Positions 35,057 through 44,595 of a DNA stretch of 64,000 bases are shown piece after piece; the first letter of the stretch is position 1, and each line of letters starts with the position of its first letter. The DNA is from an uncultured Pseudomonadota bacterium (GTDB lineage: Bacteria; Myxococcota_A; UBA796; GCA-2862545): the NCBI GenBank assembly GCA_913061235.1, contig CAJXTB010000025.1, positions 1 to 64,000 of the forward strand. Reading direction: 5' to 3'. Below the pieces are notes generated by a model, which had not been told where the DNA came from, made no database searches, and was given only the letters and a program-made list of their open reading frames with translations. The position numbers were made by a program, and so were the translations under genes.

Positions 35057-35680
35057 TCACCAAATCTGAAGCGCGGTTTGCGAATTAGTATCTGCGTGAC
35101 ACGCCGTTACCATCCACACGCGGCTCGCTCCTTCCTGAAGCAAGGCTAGGGCGCATGCCTCAGCGGTTGCGCCCGTTGTAAAGACGTCATCTACGAGCAA
35201 GACGTGCGGTGGTACTTGGCGACGTCCGGTGACACGACCCGCAAGGTTGAGTCGCCGCTGCACACGGTTCAGGCCGGCTTGGTGGCGAGCTCCACGCACA
35301 GACAGTGCTCGAATGTTGGGCCGGCCGAGGGCGCGAGCAACGTCATCTGCGAGAAGTGTGGCCAGCTCGAACCCCCGCCGAAAGCGTGTCCATGGGGTAC
35401 TCGGCACCGCAACCACGGCATCAATGTCGCTGGGGGAGAGGTGGCCGCGACACGCTGTGGCCATGCGGGCAGCCAACCGCTTCCCAAGATGCCGGTCAGG
35501 GCGGTACTTGACCTGTCGAATCACTGTTCCCAAGGGCCCAGCGTACTTTGCCATGTGCCAAGTGTGGGCCACGCCGTCCACCTGTGTGGTGACGTCATGC
35601 AGCTCATCAGGTGCGCAGTCTAGGCAGACCCGGTGCCCGAGCACGTCACAGCCTACGCATGTATGTGGCCACCAAGCCAT
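35057..35680 (-). CDS. comF: ComF-family protein (Zn-finger + phosphoribosyltransferase domain)
   Basis: N-terminal CVGCDVLGHRVCLDC. PRTase motif VLLVDDVFTTGATAEACALAL. Confidence 0.8.
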   Translation of the reverse strand: MAWWPHTCVGCDVLGHRVCLDCAPDELHDVTTQVDGVAHTWHMAKYAGPLGTVIRQVKYRPDRHLGKRLAARMATACRGHLSPSDIDAVVAVPSTPWTRFRRGFELATLLADDVARALGRPNIRALSVRGARHQAGLNRVQRRLNLAGRVTGRRQVPPHVLLVDDVFTTGATAEACALALLQEGASRVWMVTACHADTNSQTALQIW

Positions 35681-35899
35681 GTTTCCCTCCGTTCGCCTAC
35701 ATCACATGGGTGCCGCGCCGTGGTCGGAAGTGAAGGGGGAGCAGTGCCGTTTTGAGGTTTTTCCTCCGCCACCCGTCCGACCGATGAACCGCAACCCCAT
35801 GCAACAGACGGCGTCCCAACACTCCTTCGGCCGGTGCGAGCAAGGTTCTCCGTCCGCGACTGCTGCACGTGGTATTTTTGCCGCCGGGAGTACAGATTC

Positions 35900-38341
35900 A
35901 TGCGCATTCTCTGGTTGGTTGTTTTTGCTGCGGCATGCCGCGCCACCCTGCCTTCGGCAGACACGACTCAAGACGCAGATGGCGATGGCGTGCTGGTCGG
36001 TGACGACTGCAATGACACAGATCCTCTCGTCTTTCCGGGGGCTGTTGAGTCGTGCAACGGTGTGGATGACGACTGCAACGGTGCCATCGATGACATTGGC
36101 GAGGGGCAGGGCACAGCGCTGTACGCGGACTCCGACCAAGACGGCTACGGCGAGGGCGAGCCCATCTACGCGTGCGAAGCCTTTGATGGCGTCACCGAGC
36201 TTGCCGGCGACTGCGACGATTCAGACGGCTCCATCTTCCCCGGTGCACCAGAACCCGACTGCACCGACACCGTCGACCGCGACTGTGACGGCTTTGCCCC
36301 AGCTGAAGACGCCGACGAGGACGGCTTTGCCGCCTGCGAAGACTGCAATGATGACGACGCGAACGTGCGTCCGGGTGCGGTCGAGCGCTGCAACGGCGTG
36401 GATGACGACTGCAACGACCTGATCGACGATGATGCCGTGGATGCCCCCATCTGGTACCGCGATGGTGATGAGGACGGCTTTGGCGACGCAGACCAGACCG
36501 AGGCCGCTTGTGACGCCCCCGAGGGCTTTGTCGGGAGCAGCGCTGACTGCGACGACACCAACCAGGACATCCGACCCGGCGCTGACGAGACCTGCGATGG
36601 CGTGGATCAAGACTGCGACGGCGGAGTCGACGAGCAGTCTATCGACGCACCCCAGTGGTTCGCGGACTCCGACGAAGACGGCTTTGGCGGACCGCTGTCG
36701 GTGCGCGAGTGCTCAGCTCCAGCTGGCTTTCTGGCAGAAAGCACCGACTGCAACGACCTGGACCCGCTCGCCTTCCCGAACGCCCCCGAGACGTGCAACG
36801 GCGCCGACGATGACTGCGACCAAGTCGTAGACAACGACGCTGTCGACCCGACCACTTGGTATGCCGACCCGGACGGTGACAGCTGGGGCGATGCCTCCAC
36901 CGGCACCACCGCCGCTTGTGTGCTGCCTGACGGCTTTGCGGTGCGCAATGGCGACTGTGCCGAAGGCGACGCAGGGGTGAACCCGGGTGCTGTCGAGACG
37001 TGCAATGGCATCGACGACGACTGTGACCAAGACATCGACGAGAACGCCGTCAACCGCGACACGTTCTATGCGGACAGTGATGGCGACGGCTACGGCGACG
37101 CCCGCTTTGCCGTTCTCGCCTGTGCGCTTCCCGACGCACACGCGGACAATGCTGACGACTGCAATGACGGCCTGGCCAGCGTCAATCCCATGGCCCCCGA
37201 GCGCTGCAACGGCATTGACGACGACTGCAACAGCGAGATTGACGACGACCCCATTGACCTCGCGTCGTTCTACCGAGACACCGATGGCGACGGGTACGGC
37301 GTGGCAGGCGATGTCACCGAGGCCTGTGACGCGCCGGACGGCTACGTCGCAGATGCCGGTGACTGCGCTCCTGACGACCTGTCCGTGTTCCCGACAGCCC
37401 TCGAGCTGTGCAACGGCGTGGACGACGACTGCGACGACGAGATGGATGAGGACGCCGTCGACGCACCCTCTTGGTACGCGGACGTAGACGGCGACGGCTA
37501 CGGCGGCGAGCGCTTTGTGGAGGTGGCCTGCGACCAGCCGGAGGGCTTCTTCGCGGAGGCCGAGGACTGCGACGACCTCGATAGCGACGTCTCACCCGAG
37601 GCTGTGGACGTCTGTGGGGATGGTATCGACCAGGACTGTGACGGCGAAGACCGCACGGGGATCGATGGCGGCTCGCCTGAGTGCGCCGCCATCAGCTGCG
37701 CGGCGATCCTGGAGACTGACACCGAGAGCCCCAATGGTGCCTACTGGATCGACGCAACCGGGACGGCTCCCGTCGAGACGTGGTGCGACCAGACGGGTGG
37801 CGGCTGGACGCTCGCCTTTGTGAAGAACTCGGTCGACCAGAACGACTACGGCGACTTCGGCAGCGGCTACGTCCGTACCGAGAACCTTACCGTGGATCCT
37901 GCGGACGCCTCAGCAGCGTCGGTAGGCATGTCGGGCTGGATGGACATGAACGAGGCGTCTTGGACCGAGCTGCGCATTCACAGCTACCGAAACGGCACCG
38001 AGAGCTTCCGGAGCGACGTCATTGACCGCGCCTCCCTGCGCATCGACTTTGGTCAGGACGGCTACCTGTTGTACGGCGAGCACGGCTATTTTTGGTGCGG
38101 CGGCGACGCCAGCTACACGGACGCCGGCCGAGGCCAGGTCAATCGGCCATCTGGAGCCCCAGCGGACTGCAAGGGACACGGCAGTCTAGGCGACGGATGG
38201 GACTTTTCGCGCGTGACCCGCACGAACAGCGGCCTGACATTGTGTGGGGCGAGCGCCAGCCGATGGATGCATGACGCCTTTGCTGGCGTGTGGGTCTACT
38301 ACCCGAATGCAGGCGCCGCTCACGCCCTGTGGGTGCGCTGA
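35900..38341 (+). CDS. lipoprotein with ~12 tandem MopE-type Cys-rich 'putative metal-binding' repeats and a C-terminal fibrinogen-related-like domain
   Basis: Lipobox MRILWLVVFAAAC. Repeats of DxDxDGxxxxxDCDDxDxxxxPGAxExCNGxDDDCD. C-terminal SCAAILETDTESPNGAYWIDATGTAPVETWCDQTGGGWTLAF resembles the FReD core (SCxxIL..G.Y.I...VYCDM.TDGGGWTV). Confidence 0.75.
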   Translation: MRILWLVVFAAACRATLPSADTTQDADGDGVLVGDDCNDTDPLVFPGAVESCNGVDDDCNGAIDDIGEGQGTALYADSDQDGYGEGEPIYACEAFDGVTELAGDCDDSDGSIFPGAPEPDCTDTVDRDCDGFAPAEDADEDGFAACEDCNDDDANVRPGAVERCNGVDDDCNDLIDDDAVDAPIWYRDGDEDGFGDADQTEAACDAPEGFVGSSADCDDTNQDIRPGADETCDGVDQDCDGGVDEQSIDAPQWFADSDEDGFGGPLSVRECSAPAGFLAESTDCNDLDPLAFPNAPETCNGADDDCDQVVDNDAVDPTTWYADPDGDSWGDASTGTTAACVLPDGFAVRNGDCAEGDAGVNPGAVETCNGIDDDCDQDIDENAVNRDTFYADSDGDGYGDARFAVLACALPDAHADNADDCNDGLASVNPMAPERCNGIDDDCNSEIDDDPIDLASFYRDTDGDGYGVAGDVTEACDAPDGYVADAGDCAPDDLSVFPTALELCNGVDDDCDDEMDEDAVDAPSWYADVDGDGYGGERFVEVACDQPEGFFAEAEDCDDLDSDVSPEAVDVCGDGIDQDCDGEDRTGIDGGSPECAAISCAAILETDTESPNGAYWIDATGTAPVETWCDQTGGGWTLAFVKNSVDQNDYGDFGSGYVRTENLTVDPADASAASVGMSGWMDMNEASWTELRIHSYRNGTESFRSDVIDRASLRIDFGQDGYLLYGEHGYFWCGGDASYTDAGRGQVNRPSGAPADCKGHGSLGDGWDFSRVTRTNSGLTLCGASASRWMHDAFAGVWVYYPNAGAAHALWVR
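35950..37660 (+). repeat. intragenic tandem array of ~210-bp units encoding MopE-type Cys-rich repeats
   Basis: Recurrent tgcaacggcgtggatgacgactgcaac-type units about every 200-220 bp. Confidence 0.7.
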
Positions 38342-38350
38342 GGGGCGGTG

Positions 38351-39178
38351 CTAGCGAACGACGAGCACGTCTTTCGAAGAGGAGCGGACCAAGCGCTCGG
38401 CCGCTGAGCCCAGCACCAAGCGCGACAGACCCGTGCGACCATGGGTCGGTATGACGGTCAGGTCAATGCCCGCATCTTGAGCGTCGTGCGCAATGGCCTC
38501 TCCGGCGTTCATCTCGCCACGAACCAGAATGAAGCGTGGCAGGCCGTTGTGGCCCTCCGCCTCCAGTGCGTTCGCTAGCGCAATCTCAGCGCGTTCGTAC
38601 TCCGAGTCACCCTTTCCAGGGCCTTGGCCTCTGACCTTTGTCCACGGCAGGGCGTACACGGCGGAGGCATGCGCCTGTGGCAGGTGTTTGAGGACCCACT
38701 TGGCCCCGGCCAGGTTGGGTTCATTGATGTCGACTGGCAGGCGGACTTTGGTCTTGCCCTTGGTGGAGACCGGAAGGCCGCCTGGAGGCATGACCAAGAC
38801 GGGCACCGGGGCGTGGCGCATCATGCCCTCGGCCACCGAACCCAAGAACAGGCGACCGGTAGCGGTGCGATGCCGCGTGCCCATGGCCAGCACGTCGTAG
38901 GTCACCGCATGTGTAGCGAGTGCCGCGACAACGTCGGGTCCAGACAGGACGTGCCTACGGCCGCGGACTTCATCGGGAATCTCGAACAACAGGGCATCGA
39001 GCCATGCGCCCACCGCGGTGGTTCCAGTGCCCGCGTTTTCGTCCGGGGAACCCATTACGACGGTGACCAAGTCTAGGCGAGCGCCCAACAGTTTGGCCCA
39101 TGCGGCAGCGCGTGCGACGAGTCCAGATGGATTGTGTTCCGGTGCCACCGACACCAACAGTCTGCGTTCAAAGGACAT
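38351..39178 (-). CDS. universal stress protein, tandem UspA domains
   Basis: Two Usp halves. C-terminal motif PTHGRTGLSRLVLGSAAERLVRSSSKDVLVV and an earlier AMGTRHRTATGRLFLGSVAEGMMRHAPVPVLVM. Confidence 0.8.
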   Translation of the reverse strand: MSFERRLLVSVAPEHNPSGLVARAAAWAKLLGARLDLVTVVMGSPDENAGTGTTAVGAWLDALLFEIPDEVRGRRHVLSGPDVVAALATHAVTYDVLAMGTRHRTATGRLFLGSVAEGMMRHAPVPVLVMPPGGLPVSTKGKTKVRLPVDINEPNLAGAKWVLKHLPQAHASAVYALPWTKVRGQGPGKGDSEYERAEIALANALEAEGHNGLPRFILVRGEMNAGEAIAHDAQDAGIDLTVIPTHGRTGLSRLVLGSAAERLVRSSSKDVLVVR

Positions 39179-39308
39179 TGTGTCTCCTGGGAGCGTGAGA
39201 ACCTTCCCGGCTCCGTACGCTCAGCCTATCAGTGATTGATGCGCGCGTCTTTTGCAGGCGAATGCACACGTCGCCCGTGAAGTTCACCGGTTGGGGTACG
39301 GTGCCGGC

Positions 39309-40556
39309 ATGCAGACCCTTCGATCCTGGCAAGCCAAAGTCTTCATCGCGACCTGGCTCGCCTACGCGGCGTACTACTTCTCGCGAAAACCCTTCTTCGT
39401 AGCCAAGGCTCTGTTGGAGGAGACGTATGGCTGGGACACCGCGACACTAGGGGCTCTTGGCGCGGTTTACTTGGTCACGTACACGATTGGGCAGTTCTTG
39501 GCCGGCGGTATTGGCACCGCGCGCGGACCTCGGGCGCTGCTCGTCGGCGGCATGTTTGCCACAGCCATGGCGAACTTGGCTCTGGGCTGGGCCAACACAA
39601 CAGGAACGTTTGCGCTGTTCATGGGCATCAACGGCCTTGCGCAAGCGACCGGCTGGGCCGGCGGTGTGGGCACAATGGCCGCGTGGTTCAAGCGCGAGCA
39701 GCGCGGCACTATCATGGGCTTCTGGGCCACCAATTTCCAGGTCGGTGGCGTGCTCGCGACGGGTGCCGCCGCCTTCATGCTCGATGCCTATGGTCTGCAG
39801 TACGCCTTCATGGCGGGTAGCTGGGTCACGTTGATGGCGTGGGGGGTGGTGTTGTTGTGGCAGCGCGACACGCCCGAGGCCGTTGGACATTCCCTGCACG
39901 CGGAAGACTCGTCTACGGGCGAGGTCGGTGGTGGCGAGCCCGAGGAAGACGAACGGTGGACCTCGCGGCTCATCATCAACATCGGACTGATTGGCCTGTT
40001 CTACTTCTTCGTGAAGTTCATTCGATACGCGCTGTGGTCGTGGGCGCCGTACTTGTTGAGTACCGAGTACGGTCTCGACATTGACGACGCCGGGTACCTG
40101 TCGGTTGTGTTTGATGCCGCGGGCATCGCGGGTGTCATTGTGGCGGGTGTGTTGTCCGACCGCTTGTTCAACGGGCGCCGAACGACGGTCAGCGTCTTGT
40201 TTCTCATCGCCATGGTCGCCTCATGTGCGCTCCTGGCCTCACTCGGTCGGTCTGAGCTGCTGTGGTTCGGCATCTCGCTAGGGCTGATTGGATTCTCGCT
40301 GTATGGCCCCGACGCGTTGATGAGCGGTGCCGGCGCCATGGATGTTGGCAGTAGGCGTCAGGCTGTCGCTGCTGCTGGAATCATCAACGGCATGGGGAGC
40401 TGCGGTGCCGTTGTTCAGGAGTTTGTCCTTGGCACGGTGCTCAAGTCTACGGGGTCGGAGACGGTGTTCTTGATCTTGCTCGCAAGCGCCATGTTCGCGG
40501 TGCTGTGTTTGCTTGGCCTGTTGCTGCGCAATCGCATGGGGCTGGCGGACGTGTAG
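39309..40556 (+). CDS. MFS transporter of the organophosphate:Pi antiporter (GlpT/UhpC) family
   Basis: N-terminal FIATWLAYAAYYFSRKPFFVAKA resembles GlpT/UhpT helix 1. 12 TM helices. Start chosen at MQTLRSW. Confidence 0.7.
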   Translation: MQTLRSWQAKVFIATWLAYAAYYFSRKPFFVAKALLEETYGWDTATLGALGAVYLVTYTIGQFLAGGIGTARGPRALLVGGMFATAMANLALGWANTTGTFALFMGINGLAQATGWAGGVGTMAAWFKREQRGTIMGFWATNFQVGGVLATGAAAFMLDAYGLQYAFMAGSWVTLMAWGVVLLWQRDTPEAVGHSLHAEDSSTGEVGGGEPEEDERWTSRLIINIGLIGLFYFFVKFIRYALWSWAPYLLSTEYGLDIDDAGYLSVVFDAAGIAGVIVAGVLSDRLFNGRRTTVSVLFLIAMVASCALLASLGRSELLWFGISLGLIGFSLYGPDALMSGAGAMDVGSRRQAVAAAGIINGMGSCGAVVQEFVLGTVLKSTGSETVFLILLASAMFAVLCLLGLLLRNRMGLADV

Positions 40557-40621
40557 TGGCTAGCCCGTTGTTTGGGGGTGGCGACTGGCGCGAAGAGCGG
40601 GGGGGTGACTAGGGCGCCCGT

Positions 40622-41671
40622 ATGAATCCGACTCAAGTGCTGATCCCAACTCTCGTTCGCATCAAGCCGGGCGCGCTCAAACGGATGGGCACCTACGCCC
40701 GCCGGATGGCGCTGCGGCGAGTCGTTGTCCTTCAGAGCGAAGGTCTGCCCGAACGCTTCTTTCAGCAGATTGAGCAGTCGCTGAAGGAGCAGGGGGTCCA
40801 GGTTGCGTTGCGCCTGACCGCGCACGATGCGTCGTTTGAGGCAAGCACCGACATCTTCACGCAGATGCCGAGGCACATTGATGGAGTGTTGGGTCTGGGA
40901 GGCGGCAAAGCACTGGACGTGGCGAAGTACGTCGCTTTTTTGGCTCACCTTCCCTACATTGCGGCGCCGACCTCCCTGTCCAACGATGGTTTTTGCAGCC
41001 CACAGAGCAGCCTGACCCTCGACAATAAGCGTCGTTCCATCCATGCGGCGCTGCCCGCCGCCGTCATTGTTGACACGCAGGTCTGCCTGGATGCGCCGTC
41101 GGCCTTGTGGTGCTCAGGCGTGGGCGACCTGGCCTCGAAAGTCACGGCAGTGAATGACTGGAAGAGAGCGTTTCACGCGGTTGGCACTCCGGTGAATGAC
41201 TTTGCCGCGCTGCTCTCGGATGCCACGGTCTTTCAGTTTATCGCCCGCCCGGTGCGTGACCTGGAGGGAGTGCGCCTGCTGGCCACGGCGCTCATGCTCA
41301 ATGGGGTGGCCATGGAGATCTGCGGCTCATCCCGTCCCGCAAGCGGCAGTGAGCACCTCATCTCACACGCGCTCGACGGAATCTCCGCACGTCCACGACT
41401 ACACGGCTTGCAGGTGGGCGTGGCCACTTACCTGATGAGTCACTTGCAGCAGCAGGGAACCGAGCGCCTGGGAGCGCTGTTTCGGAACACGGGCTTTTGG
41501 GATGAAGTGGCTCGCGACCCGTTTGACCGTGATGAGTGGGAGGCTGCTTTGCGACTCGCGCCGTCGATCAAGCCGAACTTTCACACCGTTCTGAGCGAGG
41601 GAGACCACATGAGTGAGTGTTTACGCTTGATACGGGAAGATCCCGAGCTGGTGCGCTGCTTCAACCGCTGA
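40622..41671 (+). CDS. glycerol-1-phosphate dehydrogenase (AraM/EgsA)-like member of the Fe-ADH/DHQS-like superfamily
   Basis: LGLGGGKALDVAKYVA (GGGKxxDxAKY signature of G1PDH/AraM). GSEHLISHALD metal-binding region. 349 aa. Confidence 0.6.
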   Translation: MNPTQVLIPTLVRIKPGALKRMGTYARRMALRRVVVLQSEGLPERFFQQIEQSLKEQGVQVALRLTAHDASFEASTDIFTQMPRHIDGVLGLGGGKALDVAKYVAFLAHLPYIAAPTSLSNDGFCSPQSSLTLDNKRRSIHAALPAAVIVDTQVCLDAPSALWCSGVGDLASKVTAVNDWKRAFHAVGTPVNDFAALLSDATVFQFIARPVRDLEGVRLLATALMLNGVAMEICGSSRPASGSEHLISHALDGISARPRLHGLQVGVATYLMSHLQQQGTERLGALFRNTGFWDEVARDPFDRDEWEAALRLAPSIKPNFHTVLSEGDHMSECLRLIREDPELVRCFNR

Positions 41672-41785
41672 GCGTCCGTGGTCTGTATCGGTACTACACA
41701 ATCGCGCAGGCCGACCTTGTGCATCGCCTGAGTCGCTCCTCTCGCTTCGAACCGGAGGACGACCTGTGGTATTCGGGGTTCCTAT

Positions 41786-43165
41786 TTGATGGGAGACACG
41801 ATGGATCCGCGACAGGTCAAGACCGCAGAACAAGCCAAGGCAATCATCGAAGAGCGAGGATTGACGCATGTAAAGGTTGGCGTCTTCGACAACGACTGCG
41901 TGTTGCGCGGCAAATACATGTCGAAGGACAAGTTCCTGTCGTCCATTGAAGACGGCTTCGGCTTCTGCGACGTGGTTCTCGGCTGGGACAGCAACGACGA
42001 GCTTTACGACAACACCACCTTCACCGGCTGGCACACGGCCTACCCCGATGCCCCGGTGCGCATCTTGCTCGACACCTGTCGCAGCTTGCCCATGGAAGGG
42101 GACATGTTGTTCTTCCTGTGCGAGTTCGCAGACCGAGCAGAAGTTGTGGGGCCGCGCGCCATGCTGCGTCGTGTGCTGAAGAAGTGTGCTGACATGGGCT
42201 TTACGGCCTTTGGAGCCATGGAGTTCGAGTTCTTTTTGTTCGACGAGACCCCGCACTCCATTCGTGAGAAGGACTACCGCAACCTCAAGCCCATCACGCC
42301 TGGTAATTTCGGCTATTCGGTGCTTCGCAGCAGTGTCTGGGGCGAGTTCTATGCTGAACTGTTGGACACCTGCGAGAAGATGGACATGCCCATCGAGGGC
42401 TTGCACACCGAGACGGGCCCTGGCGTTCTTGAGGTAGCGATTGGTGTCGACGGCGTGCTCGCTGCGGCCGACAAGGCGGCGATGTTCAAGACCTTCGCCA
42501 AGGTTGTCGCCCAGCGCCAAGACCTGATGGCCACCTTCATGGCCAAGTGGTCGGCGGACCACGCCGGGCAGAGCGGTCACATTCATCTGTCGCTTCAAAA
42601 AGACGGCGAGACGGCCTTTCACGACCCGGCCGGTCCGCACAGGATGAGTCAGACCATGCAGCATTTCCTCGCCGGCTGTCAGACCTACCTACCCGAGACG
42701 CTGGCAATGGTGGCGTCTACCGTCAACAGCTACAGCCGCTTGGTGCCGGGTGCGTGGGCGCCGACCAGCGCCACATGGGGAGTGGAGAACCGGACCACGG
42801 CCCTGCGCGTGATTCCCGGCAGCGCAAAGAGCCAGCGCATCGAGTACCGAATTGCCGCTGCAGATGCCAACCCGTACCTCGCCATGGCTGCGGCTCTAGC
42901 GGCTGGCCTCGCCGGTATCGAGCAGGAGCTGACACCTTGGCCAGAGGTTGAGGGCAACGCGTACACGCAGAGCTTCGACCCTGCGTTGTCGCTACCGTCC
43001 ACGCTCACTGAAGCCGCCATGCGTCTGAAGAACAGCGAGATGGCACGCAGTGTGTTTGGCGCCGACTTTATCGACCACTTCGCCGCCTCCCGAGAGTGGG
43101 AAGAGCGGCAGTTCCGCAAGGCAATCACGGACTGGGAGCTGCGCCGCTACTTCGAGATCATCTGA
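41786..43165 (+). CDS. glutamine synthetase family protein (type I-like; gamma-glutamyl-amine synthetase candidate)
   Basis: GS catalytic-domain motifs: MEFEFFLFD, HTETGPGVLEVAI, GHIHLSL, NSYSRLVPG..AP, RIEYRIAAADANPYLAMAA. Confidence 0.8.
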   Translation: MMGDTMDPRQVKTAEQAKAIIEERGLTHVKVGVFDNDCVLRGKYMSKDKFLSSIEDGFGFCDVVLGWDSNDELYDNTTFTGWHTAYPDAPVRILLDTCRSLPMEGDMLFFLCEFADRAEVVGPRAMLRRVLKKCADMGFTAFGAMEFEFFLFDETPHSIREKDYRNLKPITPGNFGYSVLRSSVWGEFYAELLDTCEKMDMPIEGLHTETGPGVLEVAIGVDGVLAAADKAAMFKTFAKVVAQRQDLMATFMAKWSADHAGQSGHIHLSLQKDGETAFHDPAGPHRMSQTMQHFLAGCQTYLPETLAMVASTVNSYSRLVPGAWAPTSATWGVENRTTALRVIPGSAKSQRIEYRIAAADANPYLAMAAALAAGLAGIEQELTPWPEVEGNAYTQSFDPALSLPSTLTEAAMRLKNSEMARSVFGADFIDHFAASREWEERQFRKAITDWELRRYFEII

Positions 43166-43218
43166 CCGCGCTTGTGCGCAAAAAGTGGTTAAAACGGCGC
43201 CCTCACAGGGGGGCGTTG

Positions 43219-44595
43219 ATGACGTCGTTTCAAGCGGTGTCGCCAGTCGACGGACGCGTTTTTGTAGACCGTCCGTTCGCGGACCTGGCCCAGGTTTCCG
43301 AGCGGCTTGATGCTGCCCGTCTGGCTTTCTCCACATGGCGGGCGTTGTCCCTGGCCGAGCGAACGGCCGCAGTGCGTCGGCTGATCGATGCTGTCGAGGG
43401 GCGCTCCGAAGTCCTGGCAGACGAGCTCACCCTGCAGATGGGACGTCCGCGGCGTTTTTCAGCAGGTGAGATCGAAGGCTTTTGCTTTCGCGGCCGAACC
43501 CTGTGCGACCTCGCCACGGAAGCGTTGGCAGATGTGGTTCCGCCAGCGAAAGACGGTTTTCAGCGGTTCATCCGCTACGAACCCTTGGGCGTTGTGCTGA
43601 TCTTGGCACCCTGGAATTACCCGTGGCTGACCGCCGTCAACGCGCTCGTTCCGGCACTACTCTCCGGAAACACGGTGTTGCTCAAGCACTCCGAGCAGAC
43701 CCCGCTTGTGGCCGATAGGCTGATTGAAGCCGCCGAAGCCGCGGGTCTTCCAGCCGGTGTGTTCCAGACGGTCGACATGTCCAACTACACCACTGCTGCC
43801 GTCGTCCGCGACCCACGTGTCGCCTTTGTGAGCTTCACCGGTTCGGTCGAAGGCGGCCGCGCCGTCCACACCGCTGCCGGGGGCTCGTTCAAGGGCGTTG
43901 CTCTGGAGCTGGGTGGCAAAGACCCCGCCTACGTGCGCTCGGATGCCGACCTGGACCACGCGGTGCCCAACCTCGTTGAGGGTGCGCTGTTCAACAGTGG
44001 GCAGTCGTGCTGTTCGGTCGAGCGGATCTACGTGGACGACGGGCTGTACGACGCCTTTGTTGAGCGCTTCGTACAGGAAGCCCGGACCTGGATTGTTGGG
44101 GACCCTTCGGCCCCAGGGACCTTGTTGGGACCGATGGTTCGCGCTCGTAATGCAGACGCTGTTCGGGCACAGGTGGACGCCGCCATCGCGGCCGGTGCAA
44201 CCGCTCATCTGCCCGTCGATAGTGACGCGGGCTCCGCCTATCTCGGCCCACAGGTTCTCACTGACGTCACCGAAGACATGGCCATCATGGCCGAAGAGAC
44301 CTTTGGACCGGCAATTGGCATTGTCAGGGTCAGCGGAGATGACGAGGCTATCGAGCGCATGAACGCGTCGCGCTACGGCTTGACCGCGTCGATCTGGACC
44401 CGCTCGACAGACGCCGCCCGCGACCTAGGTGGGCGACTCGAGACCGGAACGGTGTTCGCCAACCGCTGCGACTACCTGGACCCTGAGCTTGCCTGGGTGG
44501 GTGTGAAGGACAGTGGCCGAGGCGTCTCACTCTCACGCCTTGGCTTTCAAGCCTTCACTCGTCCCAAGTCCTTTCATCTGCGAGACCACGCATGA
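43219..44595 (+). CDS. NAD(P)-dependent aldehyde dehydrogenase
   Basis: ILAPWNYPW, FTGSVEGGR, ELGGKDP (catalytic Glu), NSGQSCCSVER (catalytic Cys), EETFGP. Confidence 0.85.
   Translation: MTSFQAVSPVDGRVFVDRPFADLAQVSERLDAARLAFSTWRALSLAERTAAVRRLIDAVEGRSEVLADELTLQMGRPRRFSAGEIEGFCFRGRTLCDLATEALADVVPPAKDGFQRFIRYEPLGVVLILAPWNYPWLTAVNALVPALLSGNTVLLKHSEQTPLVADRLIEAAEAAGLPAGVFQTVDMSNYTTAAVVRDPRVAFVSFTGSVEGGRAVHTAAGGSFKGVALELGGKDPAYVRSDADLDHAVPNLVEGALFNSGQSCCSVERIYVDDGLYDAFVERFVQEARTWIVGDPSAPGTLLGPMVRARNADAVRAQVDAAIAAGATAHLPVDSDAGSAYLGPQVLTDVTEDMAIMAEETFGPAIGIVRVSGDDEAIERMNASRYGLTASIWTRSTDAARDLGGRLETGTVFANRCDYLDPELAWVGVKDSGRGVSLSRLGFQAFTRPKSFHLRDHA

Noticed and set aside
35229-36422. 397-aa plus-strand ORF overlapping comF (antisense) and the MopE-repeat gene (out of frame)
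   Set aside because: Both overlapped genes carry clear family motifs. This ORF is Ala/Arg/Thr/Pro-rich with no features, so it is a GC-driven shadow ORF.
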